DNA from: Octopus sinensis
Taxonomy: Eukaryota
Direction: 5' to 3'
DNA length: 64,000 nucleotides
Assembly (NCBI RefSeq): GCF_006345805.1
Contig: NC_043006.1
Span: forward strand, 100,502,001 to 100,566,000
Below are positions 25,247 to 38,958 of the stretch, in pieces (within the stretch, counting starts at the first letter, position 1; each line of letters opens with the position of its first letter). The position numbers and the translations under genes are program-made. A model generated the notes under the pieces. That model worked only from the letters and a program-made list of their open reading frames with translations, ran no database searches and was not told the origin of the DNA.

Positions 25247-28200
25247 CACTTAGTGTATAAAAAGAAATGTATTATGGGCAAGGGATGCGAGAAAATGTGA
25301 ATCGTAGAAAGAAATTTATTAGGAAGAAGTGTGAATGCTTTGAGGCATGATTTGGAAGAGAGCGTTTTGTAGAATGTTGTGCGTTGATGTGGTGTATAAA
25401 TGTGTGAAGAAGAATGCAAGTTACTGAAGTATTACGCTTCGGGGAAGCATGTGTATAAAGGTGTGACGTCATGTGTGCGTGAATAAAGGCGCTAAGGAAT
25501 CATTGAGATGTCGAGAGCCTGGTGGAAGGTTTTATTTATGTGTGTGCGAGTGCATAAACGAAACCCAGTAAGGATGGCAAATGCTAACATTTGAATGAAA
25601 GAAAAAAGTGTGAGAAATTCAAATTCCTAGAACACAAAAGAGTTCAGGAAAATAGTAAAAAATCCGAGGAACTGGGAAAAAGAAGTTCGGAAAACCGTAC
25701 GATGTGTGTAGAATGTGCAATAACGTGTTAGAAGATAAAAAGAAAGAGATTGCACCACACTGTGCCATTTTTAGGACAATGAATATATTTTGTTGAAAGA
25801 ATGGCCTTACTTCGTAGGCCTTTACTACTACGTATGCCTTTAACATATCTTTACTACTACGTATGCCTTTAACATACCGTTCGCGGTCGACAAAATAAGT
25901 ACCGATTGGGCACTGGAGTCGATATAATTGCCTCAAATCCTCCCCTGAATTTACTGGACTTGAGCCAAAATTTGAGACCGTTATTATTTTCATTGTTGTT
26001 GTTCCTCATTTGTCAGAGTTGTAAATGCTTATGGTAAATACATTTACTCAGAATGAATAATATATACTTGATTATTATCTCATTTGGCTGTTAATATCTC
26101 AGCGTTGTGATGAGAGTAGGAAATCATTTGTTATTTAAACCAATTAACAAGTGAATAATAACTGCAATCAATCTGTATGATTGTCATTAGCACCTTTGAC
26201 TCTACCGCATTATAACGATACAAGATTCAATAATCAACTTTACTGCTACTGTTTCTGATATCGTTTCTATTGTGATTCCTTCTGAAAGACTGGTGAATAG
26301 TGTTGTTTGTATGAATCGTGTTATGTTTGCGAGGGTATTCTGGGAAATACCTCTTTACAGGTTATAGTCGCCGAATATTTTCAATTTGACATACAAAGCC
26401 GGATTCTTGTGCAATACTTTACATTTGGATAGTTTTGCATGTTACTTACAGAATCACACTCATTCTTCGGGGAAATTAAGAACTTTTAGAAATTAGAATT
26501 TCTAGTGTTTTTAGCTAATCGTATCTTTCCATTATCGAGAAACCGGAGATTGCCATATTATTTTTACATTCATGAATGAAAAGAATTCGATGACAGAAAA
26601 TTAAAACAATAGAGTTAGGTTTAGGGCGATAGTTTATGGTTAGGTGTTTTCTACATCGCAATATTTTATAGCAAACGTTAACTATTTTGTTTCAGTTTTC
26701 ATTATTTTCTCTTAATATTTTGTATTTTAAAACATTAACAAGATGCTATATTCCTTACGCGCATATCGAAGCCAAAAACTATAAGAGTACCTCAAGAAGA
26801 GCAGAACGGCGTTTCACTGAATAGAGGGATATGACTGGCCAACATTATCAGACATTTCTATCTTCACAGGTTATTAAGTTCTCCAAAAATGAATGCAATT
26901 TTCAAAATTAAGAAGCAAAAGTACATCTTTGTAGATAATTAGTTTTTACAAAGTTCAACTCTATAAGCCCAGCGAAGATCTACTGACCACCGCTCGTGGA
27001 TTTTGTTAGCACACAGAACAACTTTCATTTTCTTAGAGGACACCATTTAGCCAACATTCAGAATATCTTCTTTTCCGGTATATTGTATGCACGCTTGCAT
27101 CATATGTTATGGTCAACGACTTAAAGGAAGTTGAGTATAAATTGGTAACCGAAACAAAAAATTAAGAATTATCGACAAAAGATCTATAAATACAATGAAG
27201 GTGCATGTATATATTTGGTATATTTGAACTCCCGAAATAAAATGTAATCAAAGAAATAATTTTCGATTAATATGCTTCGGAAATATATAACTTACTTAAT
27301 ATACAGTGATAAATTATTTTTATTATTTAACCTCAAGTGAGTAATATTTCTATGACGAAATACCGTTTAGCATTCACTATAATGTTTTTTAACATATCTC
27401 TTTATGATGGTAGAGTATAATATGAGGGAATAATTCTGTTTATATTTTGCAAACTGGAAAAAAAACAGTGTTGGCTTCGGTGGGAAATTGGAAGAAAACA
27501 CAGAGAAGTACTTCGTCCATTTCTATAATTCTTTACATATTTACAAATCCAGAGTTCTCACTTGAAATCCCGCTGAGTTGGTTATACCTCACACAATGGC
27601 TTGCAGCAATAATTATTATTGATACCTTCCTTGTATTTATTCAATACTTAGAAATGGTTGGTTTAATGCAAATTGAAAATTCATCACTGTTTTTTTACCT
27701 GTTTATAAAGGAATTAGAAAAGAAATGAGCAAACATTTCTCGGATGTTTTATTACGCCTTTTAATATTGAGCCCTAATTCTACGCATGTAATTCTTCAGC
27801 TACATTCTTCCAGTATTGGACAAGTTTGTTCGTTTCTCCAGCTCCCCAACGCCAAACTGTTCTTAGATCATTTATAAATTTAGATTATTCTTTCGTAAAT
27901 GAGCACCAACGATAATAACAACGGCGTTAAGGGAATTTATACCACCTCCGATTCCTTCACGTATCTTGGGTACATTCTGTACCAGGAAGAAAAAGAACAA
28001 GAACAACTACAACACTAATACACTACCGTATTGTATGTAAAATCACAGAAATATGTTTGGTGTGTCTTGAACATTCATCTTCGAATCAGAAAGTAAGCCA
28101 GTTTTATATCATTCGCTTAGACAAAACAGATAATAAAAAAAAAATATCTGAAATTTGCGTATTCATTGAAAAAGATAAAAGTATAGAAATTGGATGTAAA

Positions 28201-29959
28201 ATTTTGTAAAGCCAAATATTTCTAACATGAAATATGCAAGATCACGTTATAGTTATTATTTCTGGAGTTGTTAGAAAATCAAACCGTCAGTGTCACCATT
28301 CCACACATCCCCCACCCCACCTCCTCAAATGAAATAAAATAGAATAAAGTAAAAGAGTCTTCGACTTCATTCCTGTGTTAGAAGCAATTATTTTTGTATG
28401 GCAAATATTTGCTTTCATGCGTGTGAAAACTGTCACAGTCATTGCATCGTTATTCTAACTAAGGCAACATTTCTCCTCTTTCCGCAATAAGTCTAGCAGA
28501 AAACCAGGTACAACATCACTTCATAGCTGAATGATTGCCATTAGTAAGGTAACCCAGCTGTAAAAATACACCTGCTCCAAAAGAAAAAAAAAATGCTATA
28601 CAATACATGCTTGTAACGGATATTAAGAAAATAAGCAAAAAGCATTATTGAAAAATCAAAGTAAATACATTTGTTCAGTTTATTATGAAAGTTAGTAAAC
28701 ATATTGAGGGAATTCTACAAACACTATTGATTTTCAGTTCTGTGTTTGCTCACAACTTTGTGTAGTTAGCCTCAATATCTTCGCTTCGAAATAACTGAGG
28801 TAACTGAGGTGTAATAATATTTCAACGAATGTTTGTTATAATTTAGTTTCAAACCCTTACCGCAGAGTTCGAATCTCTCCGAGACTGCCTTAAAGTTGTA
28901 TTTCTACGTGTTTTTATAAAAGATGGCGCGTTTTTCTTTACAAAACCTGGCTTTGTTGTTTATTAATGGATAGAGAGTTTAAAAGACGATAGAATCGTAG
29001 ACTAAATACGTTACATTATTAAATTTAATCCCACTTTCTCTCTTTCTTTCTCTTTCATCCTTTTTCTTTTTCTCTCTCCCTCTCACTCTCTGTCTCTCTC
29101 TCTCTCCCTCTCTCCTCAATTTGGAATTCTATCTAGGGTCGATAAATCAAATACTGATATGTACAAAGGCCACTTCAGTCGACTGCTTATATGTGTATAC
29201 ATTGTCAATAGAAATCAATATTTTTAGTTCTTATTTTCATATTTAGAAACTTAAAGCGATATAATATGTCAGGTATGACCAAATATTGATTTTTTATCAG
29301 AAACTCTCCATAAAAAAACTTCAGCAGATGTCTCTCAAAATGGAATATGATGTCTCAACAAGTGGCAACCAATTACAATTTTATGTTGTGGAATTAGACT
29401 AGTCTATAGATAGTAACCACACGATTCATATAAAGTGATTTGTATGGAAACACATAGATTCAACACTATAGATTCCTTCATTGTCGAAGGTCTTCTGAAA
29501 TGAGTGGTAGTAACTGTATTTTAGATTCTACTATTGTTATATAGAAAGAACATTCAGCTTGGTTGACTTTAAAACTAATGTATTTTCCAACAAAAAAATA
29601 TCGTCCATTATGTAATGAAGAATTTGTGGAACAACAATTACAGCAAGTTCTGTAAATAAGCTATGACCGACTAAATAGCCTGCAGCATATTTCTTAAACA
29701 CCCGGGAGAGACAAAAAATTGATAACTGCACGATTTTCATTTTGTTGAAAGATGCAAATGTAAATACATTGGAGCATTTAATTTAAGTTAGTTACCTTTA
29801 ATACCCTCAGTTCTAAGATAATGAAACGGTATGTTTCACTATCTTGGAATAGTGATAGCCAAATTTCCTTCTACTCACGTGTCCATTATAAAATGGATAT
29901 TAATGTATCTAATTGATAATGAAGTGTGGAACAGGTTTGGCTATGGAACTCAGATTGAA

Positions 29960-31600
29960 ATATTATTCATGAAAAATTATTCTCAAAACCACATCATGTT
30001 TTACGCGAAAATAAACGGATTAAGTATTCAATATATATCATCACTACGTTATAACAAAAAGGGAATGGTGTAATTTGAGACGTTTGATAAGTTTGCATAC
30101 CTAGATATGCGTAAGAAAATCATCTACACTATATATATATATATATATATATATAGGGAGAATTTACGAAATAAACAAAAGACGAAGACAGGTGGTGTAC
30201 AAAACAAACAGATGTATTAGTATAACGCTCAGGAATAGAAAAAATATTTTACGTTTCCTGCCTACGCCCTTCTACAGAAAGGGACACAGAAAACAAGGAG
30301 AGAAAAAAAGGAGAGAAATAAGGATATTATGTAAAAAGTTTTAGAACGTTCATAGCGATAGAAATCGCCCATACGAATACTTTGTTCTTGAGAAACCAGT
30401 GCTTGAATAAAATAGAATCGAGGGCCAGGTTATATTTGGGTGCCGGCTCAATTCCGCCCCACACCCCTACATTAGATAATGTTGTATGAGAACATATTTT
30501 AGCAGAACAGAAGGACGAGATAGTCAGGACATGAAATCGTTAGATTGTACGTTTACTTGATAAGAATTGTTTAGGTTAAAAACAACACCAAGTGATTGAA
30601 TCATTGATAATCGAAGGTCAATTTGACTATTCGGAAGAACGGTCATTGATCTTTAGTTTTAAAGGAACTCTTAAGTTTATCCACAAAAATGGATATTAAT
30701 GTCTTGGAATCACAATTTCAATAATGAAATATAAGAATACTGCTGCTAAGAAAGAAAGAGGTAAACAAATTTACCTAATTCGTATGGAAAATAAAATTTT
30801 ACAGTTACACACAGGTACACTCAGCATACCTGTTGCTTAGAATCCGTTCGTACATCACATCAAATGAGGCAGAATATGTCGACAACGTTGCAAGAATTCG
30901 TATAATATATAACTATTCAGCAGGACATTTCAGAAAACAAAACAAATTGCTCACAATATAAACAAGTAGTTAATGTAGTAGAAATTTTTGGTTTGTCAAA
31001 TCTTGTCCTTTACGCCACTAACTTAAAAGTGATAACGTTCATTGATAGGGTAGTGTATCGCAAGATTCTATTTTACGTATTGTAATTCAGTAACACAGAT
31101 AGTTGCCAACTGTCATGAAATCCCTTCCCGTAGACTTAAATAATACTGCTTTTGAGAACCGTGTGCAATTGATTTTGAAGTCCACAACTGCTGGCAGCTT
31201 TATAATGGCTACGATATATAACTATTCTATTTCTACATTCTGTCATCTATAAGTTACATTTTATAAGGGAAGACACACTCTATGGAAAAGAAAATATATT
31301 TGAAGTTATAAAATTTCCAATCTAAGAATGTTGGCTTTTCGGTTGATATTGACTTGAAATGTCATCAAAGTTTTCAAGTTATTTTTATCTAAAGAAAATG
31401 CAGGGAGCAACTAGTTGCTTCTAGCATGAAAAGGGTAAGCAGTGCGTTTATTAAATAACATATATTTGATAGACAATTACAGCGTCATTTCAAATGGTAA
31501 CTGAAGGTTACTCAAACAGCTGTTACTGTTCACTTCTTAATGATTCTCAGTAATAATCAAATCCAGTATTGTAAACCGGAGGTATGTTGGCATACGAGCA
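29960..31600 (-). pseudogene. Possible decayed class-A GPCR gene with an LRR-like N-terminal part
   Basis: Minus-strand motifs in the expected order: LPAFSLDKNNLKTL (31407-31366), RILATLSTYSASFDVMYERI (30900-30841), ILNPFIFA* then NMMWF*E*FF (30027-29968). Many stops; read by eye only. Confidence 0.35.
30155..30330 (-). mobile_element. Penelope-type terminal-repeat fragment next to a (TA)n run
   Basis: Contains a degenerate hammerhead-like motif (30247-30280) and abuts (TA)n at 30130-30154. The family assignment is inference. Confidence 0.45.
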
Positions 31601-31886
31601 ACACTTTCAGTGCTTTAGTATCGATTTTGATAACTAAATACTGAGACAACGTGTAAGCATTTCAATATAGAATCATATTTCTCTAACTCAAAAGTCAACG
31701 ATATTTCTTTTGCATTAACTATACTTCCTAACGCTACTAATTATCTCTTAGCTGCAAAGTTGTATACTTTGAAATTGCGAATTCACTTTCCATCAAAATA
31801 TGTTTTGACATATTATTTATATATTGACTTAAACCTTTAGATACCTGTGATTATATTCTAAATGGTTTATAAAAAAGATAAGACGT

Positions 31887-32052
31887 AGGAGTGGTTGTGT
31901 GGTAAGTAGCTTGCTTACCAACCACATGGTTCTGGGTTCAGTCCCACTGCGTGGCACCCTGGCCAAGTGTCTTCTACTAAAGCCTCGGGCAGACCAAAGC
32001 CATGTGAGTGGATTTGGTAAACCGAAACTGAAAGAAGCCCGTCTTATATATG

Positions 32053-32141
<89 letters not shown>

Positions 32142-32368
32142 GTGTATACATTTGTATGTCTGTGTTTGTCCCCCCCCTCCCGACATCGTTTGACAACCGA
32201 TGCTGGTGTGTTTACTTACCCGTAACGTTCGGCAAAAGAGACCGATAGAATAAGTACTAGGCTTATAAAGAATAAGTTCTGGGGTCGATTTGCTCGACTA
32301 AAAGCGGTGCTCTAGCATGGCCACAATCAAATGACTGAAACAAGTAAAAGAGTAAAGAGAGTAGAGAG
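31887..32368 (+). mobile_element. SINE family A, full length, with internal (TA)/(TG)n
   Basis: Head AGGAGTGGTTGTGTGGTAAG...GGGTTCAGTCCC (B-box-like); tail CAATCAAATGACTGAAACAAGTAAAAGAG. Confidence 0.9.
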
Positions 32369-32689
32369 TATATTTTTACCTGCAATATTAATTATGAATG
32401 CACAGCACAATATATGTTTGATATAGGCCAGACGCAAATTGCTCTCTAAACAGCAAAAATCTCAAATACAATTCATGTTAAGAAGGCACAATTACAATAA
32501 CCCCTCCTAAATATGACGGGTACTCAGTTACTTCACATTCTGTACCTAACTAATACTAAGGATTTCTCCTTGTGAATGTCAGTCTTTATAATAGATAGAG
32601 TCGTATCTCAAAAGTTGTCCCTTTTCTCCTATGGGGAAATATTTCAGGCACTAACAGCTGCTAGCACTCTACGTGGTATAAGCGAGGCC

Positions 32690-33060
32690 CACAGAGGACT
32701 CCCATATCTTGGACAGTGTTACTACTAGAAACACAGCTTAATCCGAAAGGGACGCAATCCTAACTCTGGGCCACGTGTGTGCTACCTTCTCTTTCTGGAT
32801 TTTCTATGGCAAGAGTTGTAGCCTCTGCTCCTCAAAACTGGCTGGTTTCGTGACTCCTCTACTGAACTACTCAGAAATACTCATTTTCCTCCCTTCGCTA
32901 TTCTTGTTCGAGCCAACCTCATCAACCTCGCACTAACCACTATAATCTTACCTTCCTACCAACAACATCAAACTTCTCGACTTTTATCCCTCCTCATGTA
33001 TTTCCAGCAGATGTTCATTTACAAAAGTTTAAATGGTCCTGCTGATCTCGGTGACCTTAC
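32690..33060 (+). mobile_element. Old CR1-type LINE, C-terminal fragment
   Basis: FYGKSCS..LAGFVTPL..and IPPHVFPADVHLQKFK resemble the CR1-group C-terminal LPxxVFPxxxNLxxFK motif. Confidence 0.5.
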
Positions 33061-33487
33061 AAAAGTCGTGAGCAAGGCTCCTTTTCCAGACTCAAAAAGT
33101 AAAGAATATATAGATATATATTTGTAATCATTTTTAATCACAAGTACCTTCACTAAACTTAAACAAATGTAAACTTATCTAATATTCCTCTTTATACAAG
33201 GAAAATATCAAGATTGCTCTGAGCAGCTGCGTTTCTTCATGAAAATTCATCGAAGACCAAGTACTGTTCTTTTTCTGTCTCCGAGAGGATTAATAGCTAA
33301 TAGTTATTTAAATCTAACAAAAATCAGTCATATCTGCATAAATATTTATTTTTTAATTAACTAATTATACACAACACAATGTACATTAGATAATTATTTA
33401 AGTTTGGCGGAACATTAGGAAGCGGCGTATTGATAGATCCAGGAAACATTGAAATATATGTGGAAATATATTAAAATATATTTTAGT

Positions 33488-33527
33488 GGTGGTGCCCCAG
33501 CATGGCCGCAGCTCTGAAACTGGAACT
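33488..33527 (+). repeat. Isolated CR1-type 3' tail
   Basis: GGTGGTGCCCCAGCATGGCCGCAGCTCTGAAACTGG matches 53828-53869 with the hairpin loop region deleted. Confidence 0.7.
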
Positions 33528-33799
33528 AATTAAAATTATTATTCCCCCAAAATACGAATTTGTGGCGTTCTTATTCTCTTCTTCATTTCGAAATATGCTT
33601 CAACAGACACATACATTTTATCATCTTTCTGGGCAGCAAATGCCTGTTCTACCTTTGCAGGAGAAAGGATTCTGCGCTCTTAATTTTTTTTTATCTATTA
33701 TAAATCAAATATGCCATTGTTATCTAAAATAGATAGCAAATTGGTAGAGAAAATATGGAATTCTAAGCCCAAAGCTACTCTTATAGAAAAGGAATATTT

Positions 33800-34230
33800 C
33801 CCTTTTAACCGACATAATTAATGACGAGCCAATATGTCTGTATGGGATCATTTAACATTCTTGAGATGGCAACTAAACCATATCCTCTGCATAACATACT
33901 GTCGTAAATACAGAAGACGTAAGAAAGTGTTCTAGGTAAACAAGAGAATGGGATAGTCACTGATGGAACGCCATTAATTATACAGCGACTATATACAGGC
34001 TGATTTGGAGTTGAAGAACAGCAGCCATGTGATGACAGAACTAAACAGTGATACAACTGGAATGATATTACAATCAGCCATCTCCTGTATGTGGGTGACT
34101 TTAAGATGTAGGCTACATACGACGGACAATTAGAAATACGGTTACTTAAAAGGCATACGCTCAATAGAGAATACGAAAGAAATATGCGTTTGTTAAAACA
34201 CGCCAAACCAAGCTTAAAAGTAAGACCCAT
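33800..34230 (+). mobile_element. Degenerate RT fragment, probably R4/Dong-type
   Basis: 34073-34111 reads ISHLLYVGDFKM*, a decayed I(S/N)HLL(Y/F)MDDLKLY catalytic motif. Confidence 0.5.
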
Positions 34231-36057
34231 TAGTCCACAGACAGCTTCCTAAACGAAAATTTATACAGATTAGCCCAAACTTATATTACAGCTATTTAGA
34301 AATTTGGAGATATACAGAATACAAAACGAGCAAATGAAAACAACTTTTGGAAGGAACATTATAGATGTTTAAGATTACTACTAAAAACATAAATACCAAG
34401 GTATTTAATACTTATATAGGACGTAAAGAGCAAAATATATATTAATACTCTGGCAGTTCTGATAATGAGTTACACTTATAACATTTTCAATAGTGAGGTG
34501 AGTCACGATATAAAATCAAGTCAAATATTGACTGTATGCATAAAGAGATGGATGCATGGATGGATATGAATGGTCGGTCGGTTGGTGTTTTTGGTCGCTT
34601 AGCTGATTGGTTGTCCGATTGACAATCATTATTCAATTATTCGGTCAATGCTGATCAATGACCTAGCGTGTAAGCGGCCAAGTATTCTGCAGACACGTGT
34701 ACTATTGACGTAAATCTCCAGCAGAATAACAATGACGTAACGTATGAAGAAGGTTTTATTTTTACATTATACGTAGAATCTGTGACAGGAGTCTGTAATG
34801 TCTCTGTCATACCAAATTCACTTACGAAAGGAATACGACCCTTCCCCAAGATTCCGCAATATGGAATCGAATCGGAGACCTCTTCTCAACCTTTTGGTCA
34901 TACTGAATTGACGTGTTCAGAATACTTACGCCTTGCTTTGCCTCAACTTCTGATGGAATCGTAGGGACAGTATTGTAACCATGCGCCCTATCTTTTACCG
35001 ACAGGAGCCCATGCATCTAGGCCTGACCGAAGCTGATTTCTTCCAGAAATCAAAGACACAGAGAAAAGAAAAGAATGTTAGAAAGAGAAGAATAGATCTC
35101 TGTATAAGACTGATAATTTATTTTATGGATTCCGAAAAGATGAAAGTCAAAGTTGATTTCAGCGATGTTTGAAATTGGAGCGCAGAATGCCGGAACGATT
35201 TTCGTAAAATAATCTAGCCGACGCTCTAACGACTTTGCCTACTGGACGGCTTACAGCCTGTATAAAGGCAGCTGATTGTATTTACCACGAGCACATTAGA
35301 AAATTATAATATATTGACTTGTAAGGTATACAAATATAGAAAGAAAAATAAAACGGGCAACTGAAAATGAATTCCAGCAAAATAGGAAAATCAAGAAATA
35401 TAAAACAAAGGTCGGAGAATGTATTTGCTGTGAGAATGAAAATAAAATAAGAACGTAATTTATTAAATCTTTGAAACCTAAACTAAATGTGAGAGGTAAA
35501 AAGAAGACCCGTAACTCATTAGCAAACAAATCTACGCGCAAAAGATATCTCATGATACGTTGAATAGTTGAAGCGGATAAAGAAGTAATTTATCCTGGGC
35601 TCAGACGTGCAATAAACTCATAGCTGAAAACGAAGGACCTTGATTATCGATGAAAGCCAACATCTTTCCAAGCAAATGACCAGAACCATATAAACAAGCA
35701 AAATTGAAAATTTAATTGCTGATTAAATACACCGACAAATGATTCAAATAGACACCCACATAACTGTATTAGGGAATTAGAGAGCGATATTATATACGTA
35801 CCTCATCGATAATGACATAATAACAGGTTATCCAGATATTGCAGAAAGACTTATACGAGGTGAAGAAAGAGTTAATAAAAATGGAGTATCTTACTATTGC
35901 TTATTCTGTTGATTTAGAAAGAACAAAATTTAAAATTGATCTTGACACGATTTAAGCACAAGACGTAAAAGGCATTATCAAAAATTAAATATTTAGTTCT
36001 ACATCCTACTTGGTGTTAATGGTTTTAACTTTTGGCACAGGGTTAACTTTTTTTTTT

Positions 36058-37530
36058 AGCGGTGGAGGAAGTCGATTACATCGAACCCCAATACTTCACC
36101 GGTTCTTATTCTATTAATCCCGAAAGGATGAAAGGCAAAGCCGACCTCGGCGGAATTTAAGGTCAGGAATGAAGACGGACGAAATGCCACTATGCCTTTT
36201 ATTCGCTGTGCTAACGATCCTACCAACACGCCGCCTTCCACCATGTTTCAGTAATAATAAATATTATTTAAAACTTTGTCACAAGCCAAAATTTTGGTCT
36301 TTGAGCTGCACATTCAATTACACCAAGCTCACAACTTGACTGGTACCTTATTTAGTCCACTGCGAGAGGATGAAATGCAAACGCTGCCCAAAGAGCTGAA
36401 AATGTAAAGAAAATACAGTCTTAATAACGGTTTAGACACAAGACCAGCAATTTTGTGGGTAGGGCATATTTGCTACCCGCGACCTCATTGATTGACTGGC
36501 ATTTATTATAGACAGCCCGAAAGTTGACCTCACAAGGATTTGAACTCAGAATATAAAAAACTTGTAATAATAAAACCGCCATAATAATGGTAAAACCGCC
36601 ATAATAATGGTTTCTGCTTTAAGTACAACCAACAATTTTATGCGGAGTGATTGGCTGATACTACTGACCCGTACTTCAGGGGTACTTTATTTTGATGCTG
36701 AAAGGATGAAAGGTAACAATGATGTTAGTGGTATTTGAACTCAGAATGAAAGTAGCTGGAACGAATACCCCAAGATATTTTCCGACCTCCAAACGAGTTT
36801 TGCCAATACACAACCCTGAAATACCACCTTAATGATGGTTTCTGATTTAGGCACAAGGTTAGTGTTATTTTGGGTTTTGTTTTGTTTTGCTTTTTTGGTG
36901 GTGGGTAAGTCAATACATGACGACTGTATGTGACTAGTACTTTATTTTATCAAATTTGAAGGCTTCAAATAAAAGCTGGCTTCAGCAGCATTTGAACAAG
37001 AAATATAAAAAGCCGAAACAAATGCCACTGTCTTTTATTCGGACTCGCTAACGATTCTTCCACACTTCTGTAATAATAACAATTTAAAGTTTTGGCGCAA
37101 GACCAGCAATTTTAGGAGGAGATGATTAGCTGTTTACATTTTCACTGAGTACTCAACTGGTGTTTATTTTATTGACTCCGAAGGATGTAAGGCGATGTCG
37201 GTCTCTATGAATAATAACACAAGTACAAAACAAGACATACTTAATCGAAGAACACTTGATTAAATCGATCTCAGTACTTAACCGTAACTGATATAATGGT
37301 CACACGGATGTATGTCAGATGTTTACATACACAGTTCTACATTTTTAAGCCACGGGGCTGCATGTAGCTCAGGAACACGGAGGTGCATGAAGTTATTGAA
37401 AACATCGTAATAATAATGGTAATGGTTTCAAATTTTGTCACAGGGCCACCAATTGCGGGAGACGGTGGAAGTTGATTACATCGATTCCAGTACACAATTG
37501 GTACTTATTTTATCGACCTCGAACCTAAAG
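36058..37530 (-). mobile_element. Array of about 7 same-orientation degenerate SINE family B copies
   Basis: Repeated blocks with GCACAAG...AATTTT, GATTAC/ATCGA, GGTACTT.ATT, GAAAGGATGAAAG and ATTTGAACTCAGAA, separated by (AAT)n runs. Confidence 0.7.
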
Positions 37531-37563
37531 CCGGACGATACAAGCTAGAGAAAAATTATACTT

Positions 37564-37952
37564 AGGAGTGGCTGTGTGGTACGAAGCTTGCTTACCAACC
37601 ACATGGTGTCAGGTTCAGTCCCACTGCATGGCAACTTGGGCAAGTGTCTTCTACTATAGCCTAGGGCAGACCAAAGCCTTGTGACTGGATTCGGTAGACG
37701 GAAACTGAAAGAAGCCCATCGTATATATATATGTGTGAGTGTGTGTGCATGTTTGTATTTGTCCCCCCAACATCGCTTGACAACCGTTGTTTGTGCGTTT
37801 ACGTCCATGTAACTTAGCTGTTCAGCAAAAGACATCGATAAAATAACTACTAGGCTTACAAAGAATAAGTCCTGGGGTCGATTGGCTCAACTAAATGCGG
37901 TCGTTCAGCGTGGCCATAGTCAAATGACTGAAGCAAGTAAAAGAGTAAAGAG
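37564..37952 (+). mobile_element. SINE family A, full length
   Basis: Aligns end to end with 31887-32368. Confidence 0.9.
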
Positions 37953-38916
37953 TTATCCTAGAAGCCATTTTGTGGGATCGAACGTAGGACCTCATGTTTA
38001 CAAATCGAACATGCTGCGTCGTTGGCCATGCTGTGTCTAATTTCTTCTAATGTGAAATAGTTATAGTTCTACCGAAAATCAAAGTAAACTTTACAAAACT
38101 TGCTAACTTATAAGTGTTTCTTTTTAAAGGTTAAACAACGGACATTTGATTGATTACAAGATGATTGAATCATGCTATCACACCAGTCAATGTAAAGATT
38201 TCATAGCTTTGCGGCTATTTTTCTCTTCTTAAGCTGCGCGAAACGTTCAATAAAAAAATATTTTTTCCTAGATCTTATCTTTAAACATTCCAGAGATTAA
38301 AAACACTTCAAATACTAAACTTTTTGCTCCATTGGTTTAAAAGCATAATTCTAGAATGTATGAAAAAATTGAAAATTGTCTTTCTCAGATTGAATTCTTT
38401 GTACAGACTTGATAAAATATTTCATCTGATACGATATGTATTTTATTTAGTTCTGTTGAAGGGCTTTATCTCCTTTCATCTTTCATATCATTTTATTGTT
38501 TATTTTCATTTTATACAGTTTTATATATTTATTTGCTTTTCCTGTTATCTTTCGTTCATTTTTAAGGGTTGATTGGATCAACAAAAGCTACTCGTTTGCA
38601 TGAAATATTTTAGATGAAGGTTTATGTTATTAATAACTATTTATGTTTCAGCTTATTTTACTACTGCTTCCGTCTGTGGTCGTCGGTTGTGCCGATGTTC
38701 TTGTAAACATCTTTAACGAAATAGAGATAGGGAAGGCAGTTATTATATCTGGAAGAGTTCAATAACTTTGCGTAGCAGTCTGAGAAAATTACTTTTGATA
38801 TAAGATTGGTTCAGTAGAAATCAGTAAATAAATTTCGAATATGTGCAAAGGGGGACTAATGTTTCAAGTTTTTATATTGTGTATGAATACCTACACACAC
38901 ACACACACACACACAA

Positions 38917-38955
<39 letters not shown>

Positions 38956-38958
38956 AAG

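Noticed and set aside
29537-29740. Hydrophobic 67-aa minus-strand ORF downstream of the GPCR-like relic
   Set aside because: It lies after the putative TM7/helix 8, does not fit the 7TM order and has no recognisable motif.
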